Assembly: GCA_018883715.1 (NCBI GenBank) | Contig: JAHLFP010000006.1 | Span: 4,394 to 68,393 of the forward strand | Source: Candidatus Allofournierella pullistercoris | GTDB lineage: Bacteria; Bacillota; Clostridia; Oscillospirales; Ruminococcaceae | Direction: 5' to 3' | Length of the DNA: 64,000 nucleotides | Shown: in pieces, positions 36,814 to 47,184 of the stretch | How the letters are laid out: each line of letters starts with the position of its first letter | Position numbering within the stretch: the stretch's first letter is position 1 | Notes under the pieces: generated by a model | The model's input: only the letters and a program-made list of their open reading frames with translations | What the model was told of the DNA's origin: nothing | The model's database searches: none | Made by a program: the position numbers and the translations under genes

Positions 36814-37734
36814 GTGACGAAACAGGTTAATGTGATTGCACCCGCCAAGCTGAACCTCACGCTGGATGTGACCGGGATTCTGCCGGATGGGTATCATTCA
36901 CTGGATATGATTATGCAGGCCATCACCCTGTACGAGCGGGTGATTGTGCGCAAAAGCCAGGATATTGTTCTGCGGCTTCCCGGCAGCCGGGTGGCGGCAA
37001 ACCAGAAGAACACCGCCTACAAAGCGGCGGTGGAGTTTTTGCGCTACACCGGTTTGCTCACCGGTGTGGAGATTGAGATTCATAAAATTACCCCGGTGCG
37101 TGCTGGCATGGCAGGAGGAAGCGCCGATGCGGCGGCGGTACTGGTGGGTATGAACGAGCTGTACGGAGCTAAGCTTTCCATGACCGAGCTGTGCGCCATT
37201 GGAGCAACCATCGGGGCGGATGTACCCTTTGCCCTCATGGGCGGCACCTGCCGAGTGCAGGGAAAGGGAGATTTGATGAAAGCCCTGCCCCCCTGCCCGG
37301 AATGCTGGTTTGTGGTGGTGATGCCCAGCGTGGGAGTTAGCACCCCGGAAGCCTTTGCCCGCTATGACCAGATGGGTAGCAGTGTGCATCCGGACAGCCA
37401 GCAGGCGGAACAGGCCATCCGACAGGGGGATTTTGTGGCGCTGTGCCAGTCCTGCGGCAACGCACTGGAGGAATGCAGTGGAGCAGAGGAAACCCCCGCC
37501 ATCAAGGAGCGGCTCTGCCAGTACGGCGCAAAAACCAGCCTGATGACTGGAAGCGGTGCGGCAGTGTTTGGTATTTTTGAGCAGGAAGAGCTGGCAAAAC
37601 AGGCGGTGGTGGAACTGCGCCGTCAGTATCGCCGGGTGTATCTGGCACGGCCGGACCGGGGCGGTGCCCGGGTAGTTCCTGCCTTTAAAAGTCGCCCCGC
37701 CAGCCAGCGTCCTGGCGGCTTTCGCAAACGGTAA
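36814..37734 (+). CDS. ispE: 4-diphosphocytidyl-2-C-methyl-D-erythritol kinase
   Basis: APAKLNLTL, AGMAGGSADAAA, GADVPF, MTGSG. Confidence 0.95.
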   Translation: MTKQVNVIAPAKLNLTLDVTGILPDGYHSLDMIMQAITLYERVIVRKSQDIVLRLPGSRVAANQKNTAYKAAVEFLRYTGLLTGVEIEIHKITPVRAGMAGGSADAAAVLVGMNELYGAKLSMTELCAIGATIGADVPFALMGGTCRVQGKGDLMKALPPCPECWFVVVMPSVGVSTPEAFARYDQMGSSVHPDSQQAEQAIRQGDFVALCQSCGNALEECSGAEETPAIKERLCQYGAKTSLMTGSGAAVFGIFEQEELAKQAVVELRRQYRRVYLARPDRGGARVVPAFKSRPASQRPGGFRKR

Positions 37735-37812
37735 ATCAAAGAATTTTTAAAACAGGAATATTTTTCCAGAAACACGTCCATCCTCTCTGCGTAACAAGAA
37801 AAGAGGAAGGGC

Positions 37813-38484
37813 GTGTTTTTTATGTACCAGATGGGAGCAGGTCTGGCAGGTTGGCAGAAGAAAACGGGAATCCAATTGTGGGAGATTGCGCTGGCAGGTG
37901 GACTGTTGCTGGCGGTGGCCATTACGGTTTGGTTCGGCGGGTTTGAGCAGGACTGTGCCAGTTTGCGGCAGGATACTCTGCGGCTTCATGTAAAGGCGAA
38001 TTCCGACAGCGTGCAGGACCAGGAGCTGAAATTGATGGTGCGGGATGCCATCTTGGAATATACCGGATGGTGGTTTTCCGAGGCAGGGGACAAACAGCAG
38101 GCAATGGCCTTTGCCCAAAGCCACCTGCAAGAACTGCAAGCGGTGGCCCAGCGCACCGTGAACCAGCAGGGGAGCAACCAAACCGTGCAGGTGTCGCTGG
38201 TTGAGATGGATTTCCCCACCACCCATTACGAAAGCTTTACCCTGCCGGCGGGACGGTACGATGCGGTGCGGGTGGATTTGGGACAGGCTGAGGGACACAA
38301 CTGGTTTTGTGTGCTGTATCCAAGCTTGTGTTTGCCCACCAGCAGCCCGGCGGATTATCCGGAAAAACAGCAGCAAAATCTGCTGAAAGAAAGCAATGGG
38401 TATGAAATTCGGTTTGCGGCGCTGGAGCTGGCACAGCAGTGGATTCGCTTTACTCATAACTATCCCTCACCTTACACCGGCTAG
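37813..38484 (+). CDS. spoIIR: Stage II sporulation protein R
   Basis: LRLHVKANSDS..DQ.LK..VRD, FP...Y...LPAG.Y, GHNWFCVLYP; exact start uncertain (37813 or 37822). Confidence 0.93.
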   Translation: MFFMYQMGAGLAGWQKKTGIQLWEIALAGGLLLAVAITVWFGGFEQDCASLRQDTLRLHVKANSDSVQDQELKLMVRDAILEYTGWWFSEAGDKQQAMAFAQSHLQELQAVAQRTVNQQGSNQTVQVSLVEMDFPTTHYESFTLPAGRYDAVRVDLGQAEGHNWFCVLYPSLCLPTSSPADYPEKQQQNLLKESNGYEIRFAALELAQQWIRFTHNYPSPYTG

Positions 38485-38496
38485 CCGCATAGGCTA
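38467..38496 (+). promoter_or_regulatory. Putative sigK mother-cell promoter
   Basis: TCACC-16 bp-CATAGGCTA matches (T)CACM-N16-CATANNNT. Confidence 0.55.
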
Positions 38497-38518
38497 GGGG
38501 GCAAGGAGGGATGCTATT

Positions 38519-39304
38519 ATGGCAACAATTACAGCCAACCCCCAATACTATGGGGTTGTACTCAAAAGCGGAAGCCGAGGCCCGGATGTGGCCCTGGTGC
38601 AAACCTGGCTGAACGGCGTGCGCAGTCGATGGCCTCAGCTGGTAAGTCTGACGGTGGATGGTCGGTATGGGGACGGGGTGACCCGCACCGTGATGCAGTT
38701 CCAGACCCTGACCGGACTGAAAGCGGACGGTAAGGTGGGTGCAAACACCTGGAATCAGCTGTACACTTCCTACGCCGAGATTCACGGTGAGGGGGAAATT
38801 TACCCCGGCTATGTGGTAGTGCCCGGTGCAAGAGGTGCAGTGGTCAAGAGCATGCAGCAAAAACTGGCACGGCTCAGCCGTACCTATACCGGTATCCAGA
38901 GCATCCAGGCGGATGGCATCTTTGGTGCTTCCACTTCTTCTGCCCTGCGCCGTTTCCAGCCCCAGTTTGGGCTGACTGGGGACGGGCTGATGGGCCTGAA
39001 AAGTTTTACTGCAATGGGAGAAGCGGATGCCGCTTTGCAGGCAGGCAGTCCTATGCAGGTGGTGACCCGGTATGTGGGGTACATCCTGCAACGGGGCAGC
39101 AGCGGCGACTGGGTGCGTTTTCTGCAAAGCTATCTGAACCAGGCTGGGGGCATGGTGCCCACCCAGACGGTGGATGGAAAATTTGGCAGTAAGACGGATA
39201 CCGCCGTCCGTGCCTTCCAGGCACAGAACCAGCTGAAGGTGGATGGCAAGGTGGGCAGGGTCACCTGGCAGGCAGTGCGGGCGGCCTTTAACGCTTCGCT
39301 GTAA
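38519..39304 (+). CDS. Protein made of three peptidoglycan-binding (PG_binding_1) domains
   Basis: Three LxxGxxGxxV..Q...DG.FG..T..AV..FQ...L..DG.VG..TW-type repeats; no catalytic domain or signal peptide seen. Confidence 0.88.
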   Translation: MATITANPQYYGVVLKSGSRGPDVALVQTWLNGVRSRWPQLVSLTVDGRYGDGVTRTVMQFQTLTGLKADGKVGANTWNQLYTSYAEIHGEGEIYPGYVVVPGARGAVVKSMQQKLARLSRTYTGIQSIQADGIFGASTSSALRRFQPQFGLTGDGLMGLKSFTAMGEADAALQAGSPMQVVTRYVGYILQRGSSGDWVRFLQSYLNQAGGMVPTQTVDGKFGSKTDTAVRAFQAQNQLKVDGKVGRVTWQAVRAAFNASL

Positions 39305-39347
39305 GAGAAAGGCGGGTGCATCTGGATGGGTGCGCCCGTTTTTCTTT
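39305..39347 (+). terminator. Intrinsic terminator
   Basis: gaaaggcgggtgcatc...ggtgcgcccgtttttcttt. Confidence 0.8.
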
Positions 39348-39429
39348 GGGCGGGCCTTTTGGGGTGTGGGGGAATGTGGTATGATAAAAGAAAATCCTGC
39401 GATGGCGGGAACAAAGGGGGATTCTTATC

Positions 39430-42400
39430 ATGTTACAACTGGTGCTGGGTATCTCAGGAACAGGAAAATCCAGTTATCTTTTGCGGGAAATCCGCCGCAG
39501 AGCCATGCAGGGACAGCGGAGCATCCTTGTGGTGCCGGAGCAGTTTACCTCGTCCACCGAGGGACGTATTTATAATGTACTGGGGGACGAGCTGTCCGGG
39601 TATGTAACCAGTTACAGCTTTTCCAGCATGGCGGAAGCCATTCTGCAACAGTATGGCGGTGCGGCGGTGCAAACCCTCACCGATGCAGGACGTGCGGTGC
39701 TGGTGCGCCGTGCCTTGCAAGCCATGGGGCCGAATCTTGTGTATTACCGACGGCATCGGCGCAGTACTGCTTTTTGTGAGCGATGCGCCGAAACACTGGA
39801 CGAGCTGAAAAGTGCAGGTTTACAGCCGGAAACTCTGGAGGAACTTGCCAAGGGGGCAGGCCACAGCCAGCAGAAACTCAGCGAACTGGCGGCGATTTTT
39901 GCGGCCTATCAGGCACTTTTGGAGCAAACCGCCATGGACCCCGGCGACCGGGTGCTTTTGGCGGCAAAGCAGGTACAGCCGGACTTTTTTGAGGGACAAG
40001 CGGTGTTTATTGACGAATTCGACACCTTTAATGCCTCCAAACGGGCCTTGCTGATTAAGATGATGAAACAGGCCAGCAGTGTGACGGTGGCGCTTTGCGC
40101 CGATGACCTGAACGACCGGGATAACGGCCTTGGTCTGTTCAGCGGTGCCAAGCAGATGGCCCAGACATTGCGTAACCTGGCAAGAAAACATGAAGTCAAG
40201 GTGGCGGCCCCTGTGGTACTGGAACAGGACTGGCGGCACGACACCGCCCCGGATTTGGTGCGGCTGAACCATCTTTTGGCGGGGCAACTGGTGGAAACTG
40301 CTCCTGTTCAGCCGGGGGTAATTACCCTGCTGGAAACCGAAAGCCGGGCGCAGGAGGCAAAGGAAGTTGCGGCGGCGGTGCTGGCACTGGCACGCAAAGG
40401 GGTGCCCTATCGGGAGATGGCGGTCATCTGCCGGGACAGCGAGCAGTATCTTTCCGCCATACGGTATGAGTTCCGGCTGGCGGGCATTCCCTTGTTCTTT
40501 GACGAAGCCACCACCCCGGAACACACCGCCCCGGTGCGGCTGGTGCAATCCCTTTTGGCACTGCTTCGCCGTGGCCTTGCCACCGACCCAATTTTAGGGG
40601 TGGCAAAAAGCGGCTTGACCACCCTGAGCCAAGACCAGGTGTCGGCGCTGGAAAACTATGCCTACACCTGGCAGTTGACCGCAGGGCAGTGGCGACAGCC
40701 TTTGAGCAACTCGCCCCGTGGATTCGGTCTTGCCCAGTCCAGGGAGGCAATGAGCGACGAGGACAGGGAGCAGCTGGAACTGGCGGAGCAGGCTCGAAGC
40801 TGGCTTGTGCCCTTGCTGGACGAATTTGCAAGCAATTACCGGAATGCAACCGCCACCCAGCTGTGCAAGGGAATTTACCAGCTGATGGAACAGCTGGGCG
40901 CAGAACAGCGGGTGCAGGAGCTTGCCATCCAGATGCGCCAGTCCGAGGGCATTCCCGCCCAGGAGGAAACCGTGCGGATGTGGAACGTCACCTCCGGTCT
41001 GCTGGATCAGCTGGCGGCATTGGCACAGGAGGAGGTTCTGTCCGCTGGTGAGGCGCTGGAATTGTTCCAGCTACTGGTGCGCAGTACCGACCTTGGGCAT
41101 ATTCCCCAGACCTTGGATGCGGTGATTTTTACCACCGCAGGTCGGATGCGGCTGGACAACCCCCAGTGGTGCTTTGTACTGGGACTGGCCGAGGGAGAAT
41201 TCCCCAAAGCACCCAGCGACCAGGGGCTTTTGACCCATACCGAGCGGGATATTCTGATTCGGCAAGGGGTGGAGATGCCGGACTGCTTTGAAAACCGGAT
41301 GATTCGAGAGCAGGTTTGCTTTTACAAAGCCCTCACCGCCAGCAGTAAGGGCATCTGGATGAGCTGGACCAGCGGCGGGGCGGCCTTGCCCATGACCAGC
41401 GCCCTTGCCCCCGTGGTACGACAGCTTCAGCCCACCCGCCCCCAGCTGGAACAGGCGGACAAGGCGGCAACCCCTGCCATGGCGCTGGATTTTATGGGGC
41501 AGACCTGGGATGCTCAAAGTGGAAAGACGGCGGCCTTGTACGAACTTTTGGAAAAAAACCAGCCCGAAACTCTGCGTCCAGTACAGCGCGCCGCAGAGCA
41601 GCCGGTGTTTGTGGTGGAAAACCGGGTGGCTATGCGCAAGTTGTTGGGGGACAATCTTTGGCTCAGTCCCAGCCGGATGGAGCGGTATTATTCCTGCCCG
41701 TTCTCTTACTTTATGGAGTATGTGATGGGGGCACGGGCAAGACGGCAGGCATCTCTTTCTGCGGACCAAAGCGGCAACCTGATGCACTATATCCTGGAAC
41801 AGGCGCTCAAGCGCACGGGGGATAGCTTTGTGAACCTGACCCATGAGGAACTGGAAGAGCTGGCAAAGCAGATTACCCACGAATATGTGGAAAAAGCCAT
41901 GCCGGGGCAGAACAATCGGTTCTGGTATCTGATTACCCGGCTGGAAAAAAGCGCAGTCAGCTTGCTGGAATACATGCAGGGGGAACAGCGGCAAGGCCGA
42001 TTTGTCCCGGTGGCCTTTGAGCTGGGAATCGGCAGTGGCGCTGAACAAGTTCCCCCGGTGGTGCTGAAAACCCCGGAAGGTCAAACCGTGCGGATGGTGG
42101 GCAAAATCGACCGTGTGGACGCTTTCTCGGACGGGGAGAGCAACTGGCTTCGGGTGGTGGACTATAAAACCGGAAGCAAGGAATTTTTGCTGGAAGATGT
42201 GGAGCAGGGCTTAAACTGCCAGATGCTGCTGTATCTGTTCACCCTGACCCGCAACGGCAGTGCTCAGTTTGGCAACACCAAGCCGGCGGGGGTGGTGTAT
42301 CTTCTCGCCGACCCCGCACCGGTTCGCACCAGCCGAAACAAGGCCGCCGAAGGCCTTGTCTATAAGGTGGAAGGCATTGTGGCAAGTGAAAACCGGGTGA

Positions 42401-42666
42401 TTGATGCCATGGATTCAGAGCGGAAAGGGCTGTATGTGCCCTTCCAGTTTGACAAGGACGGAAGCCCCAAGGAAAGCCGGGCGCTGGCAAGCCTGCAACA
42501 GCTGGAACAGCTTCAAGCCACGCTGGACAATCTGGTGCTGGAAATGGCAAAAAACCTGTACGATGGCAATATTGCCGCCCACCCCACCCCCCGAGGAAAA
42601 CGGAAAGAAACAAGCTGCCAATACTGCGACTATCGCAGTGTGTGCGGCTATCAGGAAACGAAATAA
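39430..42666 (+). CDS. addB: ATP-dependent helicase/nuclease subunit B
   Basis: GISGTGKS, LVVPEQ, CPFSYF, GKIDRVD, VVDYKTG, CQYCDYRSVC (Fe-S). Confidence 0.93.
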   Translation: MLQLVLGISGTGKSSYLLREIRRRAMQGQRSILVVPEQFTSSTEGRIYNVLGDELSGYVTSYSFSSMAEAILQQYGGAAVQTLTDAGRAVLVRRALQAMGPNLVYYRRHRRSTAFCERCAETLDELKSAGLQPETLEELAKGAGHSQQKLSELAAIFAAYQALLEQTAMDPGDRVLLAAKQVQPDFFEGQAVFIDEFDTFNASKRALLIKMMKQASSVTVALCADDLNDRDNGLGLFSGAKQMAQTLRNLARKHEVKVAAPVVLEQDWRHDTAPDLVRLNHLLAGQLVETAPVQPGVITLLETESRAQEAKEVAAAVLALARKGVPYREMAVICRDSEQYLSAIRYEFRLAGIPLFFDEATTPEHTAPVRLVQSLLALLRRGLATDPILGVAKSGLTTLSQDQVSALENYAYTWQLTAGQWRQPLSNSPRGFGLAQSREAMSDEDREQLELAEQARSWLVPLLDEFASNYRNATATQLCKGIYQLMEQLGAEQRVQELAIQMRQSEGIPAQEETVRMWNVTSGLLDQLAALAQEEVLSAGEALELFQLLVRSTDLGHIPQTLDAVIFTTAGRMRLDNPQWCFVLGLAEGEFPKAPSDQGLLTHTERDILIRQGVEMPDCFENRMIREQVCFYKALTASSKGIWMSWTSGGAALPMTSALAPVVRQLQPTRPQLEQADKAATPAMALDFMGQTWDAQSGKTAALYELLEKNQPETLRPVQRAAEQPVFVVENRVAMRKLLGDNLWLSPSRMERYYSCPFSYFMEYVMGARARRQASLSADQSGNLMHYILEQALKRTGDSFVNLTHEELEELAKQITHEYVEKAMPGQNNRFWYLITRLEKSAVSLLEYMQGEQRQGRFVPVAFELGIGSGAEQVPPVVLKTPEGQTVRMVGKIDRVDAFSDGESNWLRVVDYKTGSKEFLLEDVEQGLNCQMLLYLFTLTRNGSAQFGNTKPAGVVYLLADPAPVRTSRNKAAEGLVYKVEGIVASENRVIDAMDSERKGLYVPFQFDKDGSPKESRALASLQQLEQLQATLDNLVLEMAKNLYDGNIAAHPTPRGKRKETSCQYCDYRSVCGYQETK

Positions 42667-42687
42667 AGAAAGGAGTGCGTCATTTCC

Positions 42688-45600
42688 ATGGCGGACATTC
42701 GATTTACACCCCAGCAAAGCAGGGCCATCCAGCATCAAAATGGCTCTTTGCTGGTGAGTGCGGCGGCGGGAAGCGGCAAGACGGCGGTTCTGGTGGAGCG
42801 CGCCATACGGCTGCTCTGCCGGGAAGAAGACCCGGTGGATGCGGACCGACTGCTGATTGTCACCTTTACCCGTGCGGCGGCGGCAAGCCTGCGGGCAAAA
42901 CTGTCCCAGCGTCTGGCGGCTGAGCTGGCAAAACGACCGGACAGCGCACACCTGCGCCGCCAGCGGATGCTGTTGCAACGTGCCAGCATCTGCACCATTG
43001 ATTCTTACTGTTTACAGCTGTTGCAAAATAACTTCCAGACGCTGGACATCCCGGCGGATTTCACCACAGCGGATGGCCCACAGCTTGCGGCACTGCGGCG
43101 GCAGGCGCTATTCGACACGCTGGAACAAGCCTGTGAGGATGCGGATTTTTGCGCCTTTGCGGATTTGTACGGCAAAGGGCGCAGTGATGCCATGGCGGTG
43201 GCGGTGCTGGAACAGCTTCACGACTTTTTAAGCAGTATGCCTTACCCTGCAAAGACGTTGGAGGAATTTTGTGCCCAGTGGGAACAGCCGGGCACATTGG
43301 ATGAAAGTGTCTGGGGCAAGGCACTGCGCACCGAAGCAAAGCGGGCGGCGGAAACGGCGCTTAAGTTGACCGAGTACAGCCTGGAACGGCTGAGCCAAGA
43401 TCCCCAGCTGGAGGAAGCCTATGGCCCGGCCATCGAGGCGGATGCACAGGCCATTGAAACCCTGCTGGATGCGGTGGAAACCCAGCCTTGGGACAGTCTG
43501 TGTCAAACCAGCCGGGAGCTGAAATACCAGCGATTCAAGGTGATTCGAGGGTACGAAGGCACCCTGAAACAGGAGATTAAGGAACGGCGGGATTTGGTAA
43601 AAGACCTGCTGAAACGGTTGCAGGAAAAAGTCTTTGTCTGCACCGAGGAGGAGTTCCAGCAGGATAAAAAAGCCGCCGCCCCGCTGGTGCGTGCCTTGGC
43701 CCGTGCCCAGCAGCAGTTTGAACAGCGGTTTTTCCAGGCAAAACTGGAAGAAAAAATGCTGGAGTTCAGCGATGTGGAACATCTGGCACTTCGGCTGTTG
43801 CAAAACCAGGATGGAACTCCCACCCCCCTTGCCTTGCAGATGCAGGAGCACATTTATGAGGTGATGGTGGACGAGTACCAGGACACCAATGCCTTGCAGG
43901 ATACCTTGTACCGCTGTTTGGCAAAACCGGATGGTTCCAACCTGTTTTTTGTGGGGGATTTGAAGCAGAGCATCTATCGCTTCCGGCAGGCAGACCCCAC
44001 CATCTTCCAGTCCAAACTGGAGGAATTTGGCGAGTACGGCACACCGGGCAACCAAAAGCTGTTTTTGGATGCCAACTTCCGCAGTGCGCCGGGGGTGATT
44101 GGCGGGGTAAATGCCCTGTTTTCCACTCTGATGAGCAAGGAATTGGGCGGGGTGGATTATGGCCCAGGCGAACGGCTTGTGCCCGGCCTTGGCGATTTGG
44201 AGCAGTACGGTGGATTCAAGGGCGGATGCCACCTGCAACTGGTGGAGGGCAAAGGGGTGGCCATGGATGCCCCCTATATTGCCCGGGAAATCCAGCGGAT
44301 GATGAACCCGGAATCCGGCTTTCAGGTGCGGGGTGAACAGGGAACCCGACCCCCAGTATACGAGGATTTTTGTATCCTTTTGCGCAGTCGGGGTATGTTC
44401 CCGGAGTATGCCGCCGCACTGGAACAGCAGGGCATCCCGGTTTATGTGGACCGGTCGGAAAATCTGCTGGATGCGCCGGAGGTGCGCCCGCTGGCAAGCT
44501 TGATTCGGGTGCTGGACAACCCGGCCCAGGACATTCATCTGGCGGCGGTGATGCTCAGCAGTTTGGGCGGCTTTGTGCCGGATGATTTGGTGGAACTGCG
44601 TGTCCAGCAGAAAAACGGAAGTTTTTACGGCGCAGTGATGAACAGCGACCAACCCAAGGTACAAGCCTTTGCCCAGTGGCTTTCCCAGCTGCGGGGGCTG
44701 TCCCAAAGTATGCCGGTGGACAGGCTGATGGAGGAAATTTTCCTGCGTACCGGAATCCTTGCGGCGGCGGGTGCCATGCCAGATGGACAAGCCCGGCGGG
44801 AGAATCTGCGCCAGTTTGCGGCCTTTGCCTCCAACTGTGGCAAACAGGGGCTTGCAGGCCTTGTGCGTGCCATGGATGCGGCCCTTGCCAGCGGGGGAAT
44901 CCCCGGCCCGGAACAGGGACAAAGCCGACCGGGCTGTGTGACCATTATGACGGTGCACCGCTCCAAGGGATTGGAATTTCCGGTGGTGTTTACCGCAGAT
45001 TTGGGACGGGAGTTCAACAAGGAGGACCTGCGGGCGGCGGCGGTGTTTCACCCAAAACTGGGCATCGGCTTAACCCTGCGAGCAGGGCAGGGGGGAATTT
45101 ATTCCACTGCTCCTTACCGGGCGGTGCAGTCCGCACTTTCCCAGGAGGGACTCAGCGAGGAAATGCGGGTGCTGTATGTGGCCTTTACCCGTGCAAGAGA
45201 CTACCTCATCATGACCATGCCCACCAAAAAACTGCAAGGACTGGCGGAAAAGCTGGTGGTGCGCAACGTAGACGGCGGTGCAATTCCCTATCTGCTGGAG
45301 CGGAGCGTAAGCCGTGGAGAATGGGTGGTACAGGCCGCCCTGCAACACCCCAGCGCACAGCCCCTTTGCCGCAGTTTGGAGCTGGATGTAACCCCCTGTA
45401 TGCCTGAAACCCAAAAGGATTTGGTGGACTGCTTTGGGGTGGGATACAGCGTTGTGGAGGGAGAGGAAAGCGAAGAGCCAGAGGAAAACATCCTGCCAGT
45501 GGAGATTTCCCTCCTGCCCACCGTGTCGCCGGATGAAGCCTTTTTACAGGCGGTGCAGACACGGATGGATTGGCAGTATCCGGGACAGGCGTTGATTCAA

Positions 45601-46230
45601 GTCCCTGCCAAGGTGAGTGTTACCGCCCTTGTCCACGGGGTGCAGGAGCCGGTGCTGGAGCGTCCTGCCTTTTTGCAGAAAGAGGGACTCACCGCCGCCG
45701 AGCGGGGCACTGCCCTCCATGCCTTTTTGCAGAATGCGGACCTACAAGCCGCCGCACAGGATGTGCGCAAGGAAGCAAAGCGACAGCTGGAGCTGAAACT
45801 TATGCCCCAGACGCTGTACGAGCAGATGGATTTTGCAAAACTGGAACGGTTTTTCGCCAGCGATTTGTTCGCTCGTATGGGCAAGGCCAGCCGGGTCTTG
45901 CGGGAGTTTGAGTTCATCACCGCTCTGCCCGCCAGCCAGGTGATGGAGCGGCAAAACCCAGAGATGGCACAGGGGCAGGATTACAAAGATGCCCAGGTGC
46001 TGGTACAGGGTGTAGCGGACCTTGTGCTGGAATTTGAGGACCATCTGGAACTGGTGGACTACAAGACCGACCGGGGCAAAACCGCAAAGCAGTTTGTACA
46101 GGTCTATCGCCCACAGCTTTTGCTGTATGCAAAGGCCATCCGGGGACGGTTTGCAAAACCCCTCACCGCCTTAAGCATTTACAGCTTTGCACTGGGCAAA
46201 GAGATACCTGTTCCCTTTGAAGAAGCATAA
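42688..46230 (+). CDS. addA: ATP-dependent helicase/nuclease subunit A
   Basis: SAAAGSGKT, VDEYQD, VGDLKQSIYRFRQA, MTVHRSKGLEF, YVAFTRA, VDYKTD. Confidence 0.95.
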   Translation: MADIRFTPQQSRAIQHQNGSLLVSAAAGSGKTAVLVERAIRLLCREEDPVDADRLLIVTFTRAAAASLRAKLSQRLAAELAKRPDSAHLRRQRMLLQRASICTIDSYCLQLLQNNFQTLDIPADFTTADGPQLAALRRQALFDTLEQACEDADFCAFADLYGKGRSDAMAVAVLEQLHDFLSSMPYPAKTLEEFCAQWEQPGTLDESVWGKALRTEAKRAAETALKLTEYSLERLSQDPQLEEAYGPAIEADAQAIETLLDAVETQPWDSLCQTSRELKYQRFKVIRGYEGTLKQEIKERRDLVKDLLKRLQEKVFVCTEEEFQQDKKAAAPLVRALARAQQQFEQRFFQAKLEEKMLEFSDVEHLALRLLQNQDGTPTPLALQMQEHIYEVMVDEYQDTNALQDTLYRCLAKPDGSNLFFVGDLKQSIYRFRQADPTIFQSKLEEFGEYGTPGNQKLFLDANFRSAPGVIGGVNALFSTLMSKELGGVDYGPGERLVPGLGDLEQYGGFKGGCHLQLVEGKGVAMDAPYIAREIQRMMNPESGFQVRGEQGTRPPVYEDFCILLRSRGMFPEYAAALEQQGIPVYVDRSENLLDAPEVRPLASLIRVLDNPAQDIHLAAVMLSSLGGFVPDDLVELRVQQKNGSFYGAVMNSDQPKVQAFAQWLSQLRGLSQSMPVDRLMEEIFLRTGILAAAGAMPDGQARRENLRQFAAFASNCGKQGLAGLVRAMDAALASGGIPGPEQGQSRPGCVTIMTVHRSKGLEFPVVFTADLGREFNKEDLRAAAVFHPKLGIGLTLRAGQGGIYSTAPYRAVQSALSQEGLSEEMRVLYVAFTRARDYLIMTMPTKKLQGLAEKLVVRNVDGGAIPYLLERSVSRGEWVVQAALQHPSAQPLCRSLELDVTPCMPETQKDLVDCFGVGYSVVEGEESEEPEENILPVEISLLPTVSPDEAFLQAVQTRMDWQYPGQALIQVPAKVSVTALVHGVQEPVLERPAFLQKEGLTAAERGTALHAFLQNADLQAAAQDVRKEAKRQLELKLMPQTLYEQMDFAKLERFFASDLFARMGKASRVLREFEFITALPASQVMERQNPEMAQGQDYKDAQVLVQGVADLVLEFEDHLELVDYKTDRGKTAKQFVQVYRPQLLLYAKAIRGRFAKPLTALSIYSFALGKEIPVPFEEA

Positions 46231-46283
46231 AAAACTGGACGTAAAAATAAAAACTGTCCATTGCAAAAAAGTTCAAATTTTCG

Positions 46284-46313
46284 TTGACAAATTATTGGTG
46301 AATTTGCTACAAT
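46284..46313 (+). promoter_or_regulatory. SigA promoter
   Basis: TTGACA-18 bp (with TG)-TACAAT. Confidence 0.7.
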
Positions 46314-46447
46314 CAAACCAGAGAGACTCTCTTGCGATGCAACACTATCCCATTAAAGCGATGACGGCTGGGTAAACCTACAAACAAGGGGTTTGCAAGG
46401 CCACCCAGCAAAGAGGAAGGTATTGGTACAAAAGGAGGTTCTACGGT

Positions 46448-46939
46448 ATGAAAAAAGGATGGATTGCTGCCCTGGTGGCAGTGGTGGTTGTGGCTATTGT
46501 GGCGGCGGTATTTCTGCTGAATGGCGGCAAAGACCCTGCAAAGGATGCGGCGCAAAATGCCCTGACCAAGCTGTTCAGCTGCACCCAGCAAAGCATGGAT
46601 GAATTCGATGAATTTTTGGCAGGGGAGAATGTGGACGATGCCGCCCTGGTGGAATATTTCGGCCAGAAATACCCCGACCTGATGACCCAAAAGGGTCTGG
46701 AGCAGGCTGTGTCCAACCGTCTGTTCACCCGGGTGTACCAGGCATCCAAGGATGCGGGTGCGGATTTTGTGGTGAAGAGTGTAACCCTCAGCGACCGTGC
46801 AGGGGAAACCGAAGGCCGCCAGTACAATTTTGAGGTTGCCATGCAGGATGAATCCCACAGCGTTACCGGCGTGGTTCTGCTGGTGGAAGAACAGGGAAAA
46901 TGGCTGGTGGATGTCCTGACCGTGGACAGCCTGAAATAA
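46448..46939 (+). CDS. Hypothetical N-terminally anchored extracytoplasmic protein
   Basis: MKKGW + hydrophobic helix; strong SD AGGAGG; family not recognised. Confidence 0.8.
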   Translation: MKKGWIAALVAVVVVAIVAAVFLLNGGKDPAKDAAQNALTKLFSCTQQSMDEFDEFLAGENVDDAALVEYFGQKYPDLMTQKGLEQAVSNRLFTRVYQASKDAGADFVVKSVTLSDRAGETEGRQYNFEVAMQDESHSVTGVVLLVEEQGKWLVDVLTVDSLK

Positions 46940-46962
46940 GAATTTAAATTTTCAAAAAACCC

Positions 46963-46992
46963 TTGACGCACAAGGTTCTTTCGTGGTATACT
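46963..46992 (+). promoter_or_regulatory. SigA promoter of infC-rpmI-rplT
   Basis: TTGACG-18 bp (with TG)-TATACT. Confidence 0.7.
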
Positions 46993-46999
46993 TGCCCAG

Positions 47000-47155
47000 T
47001 AAAGAAAGCAGCAACCGGCTAGCCGCCTTGCTCACCTTGTGGTTCATTAGGGAATCCGGGTCATAGCTTGACAGATGGGTTTTTGCCTGTCTGGACATTC
47101 TGTGCGATGTTTCATGCGGCTGCCATTTCGGCGGCCGCATTTCGTTTTATTTATT
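47000..47155 (+). ncRNA. L20 ribosomal-protein leader (attenuator)
   Basis: Lies before infC-rpmI-rplT; aagcagcaacc...ttgctcacc resembles the Firmicute L20 leader; terminator atgcggctgcc-atttc-ggcggccgcat + T-rich tail; upstream agccgc could act as antiterminator. Confidence 0.75.
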
Positions 47156-47184
47156 GAAAACATCAAAATTGGAGGTGTATCCCT

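Noticed and set aside
46354-46440. T-box leader (starts aaagcgatga)
   Set aside because: No AGTA loop-E, AG-box, T-box TGGNACC or terminator; the downstream gene is not amino-acid related.
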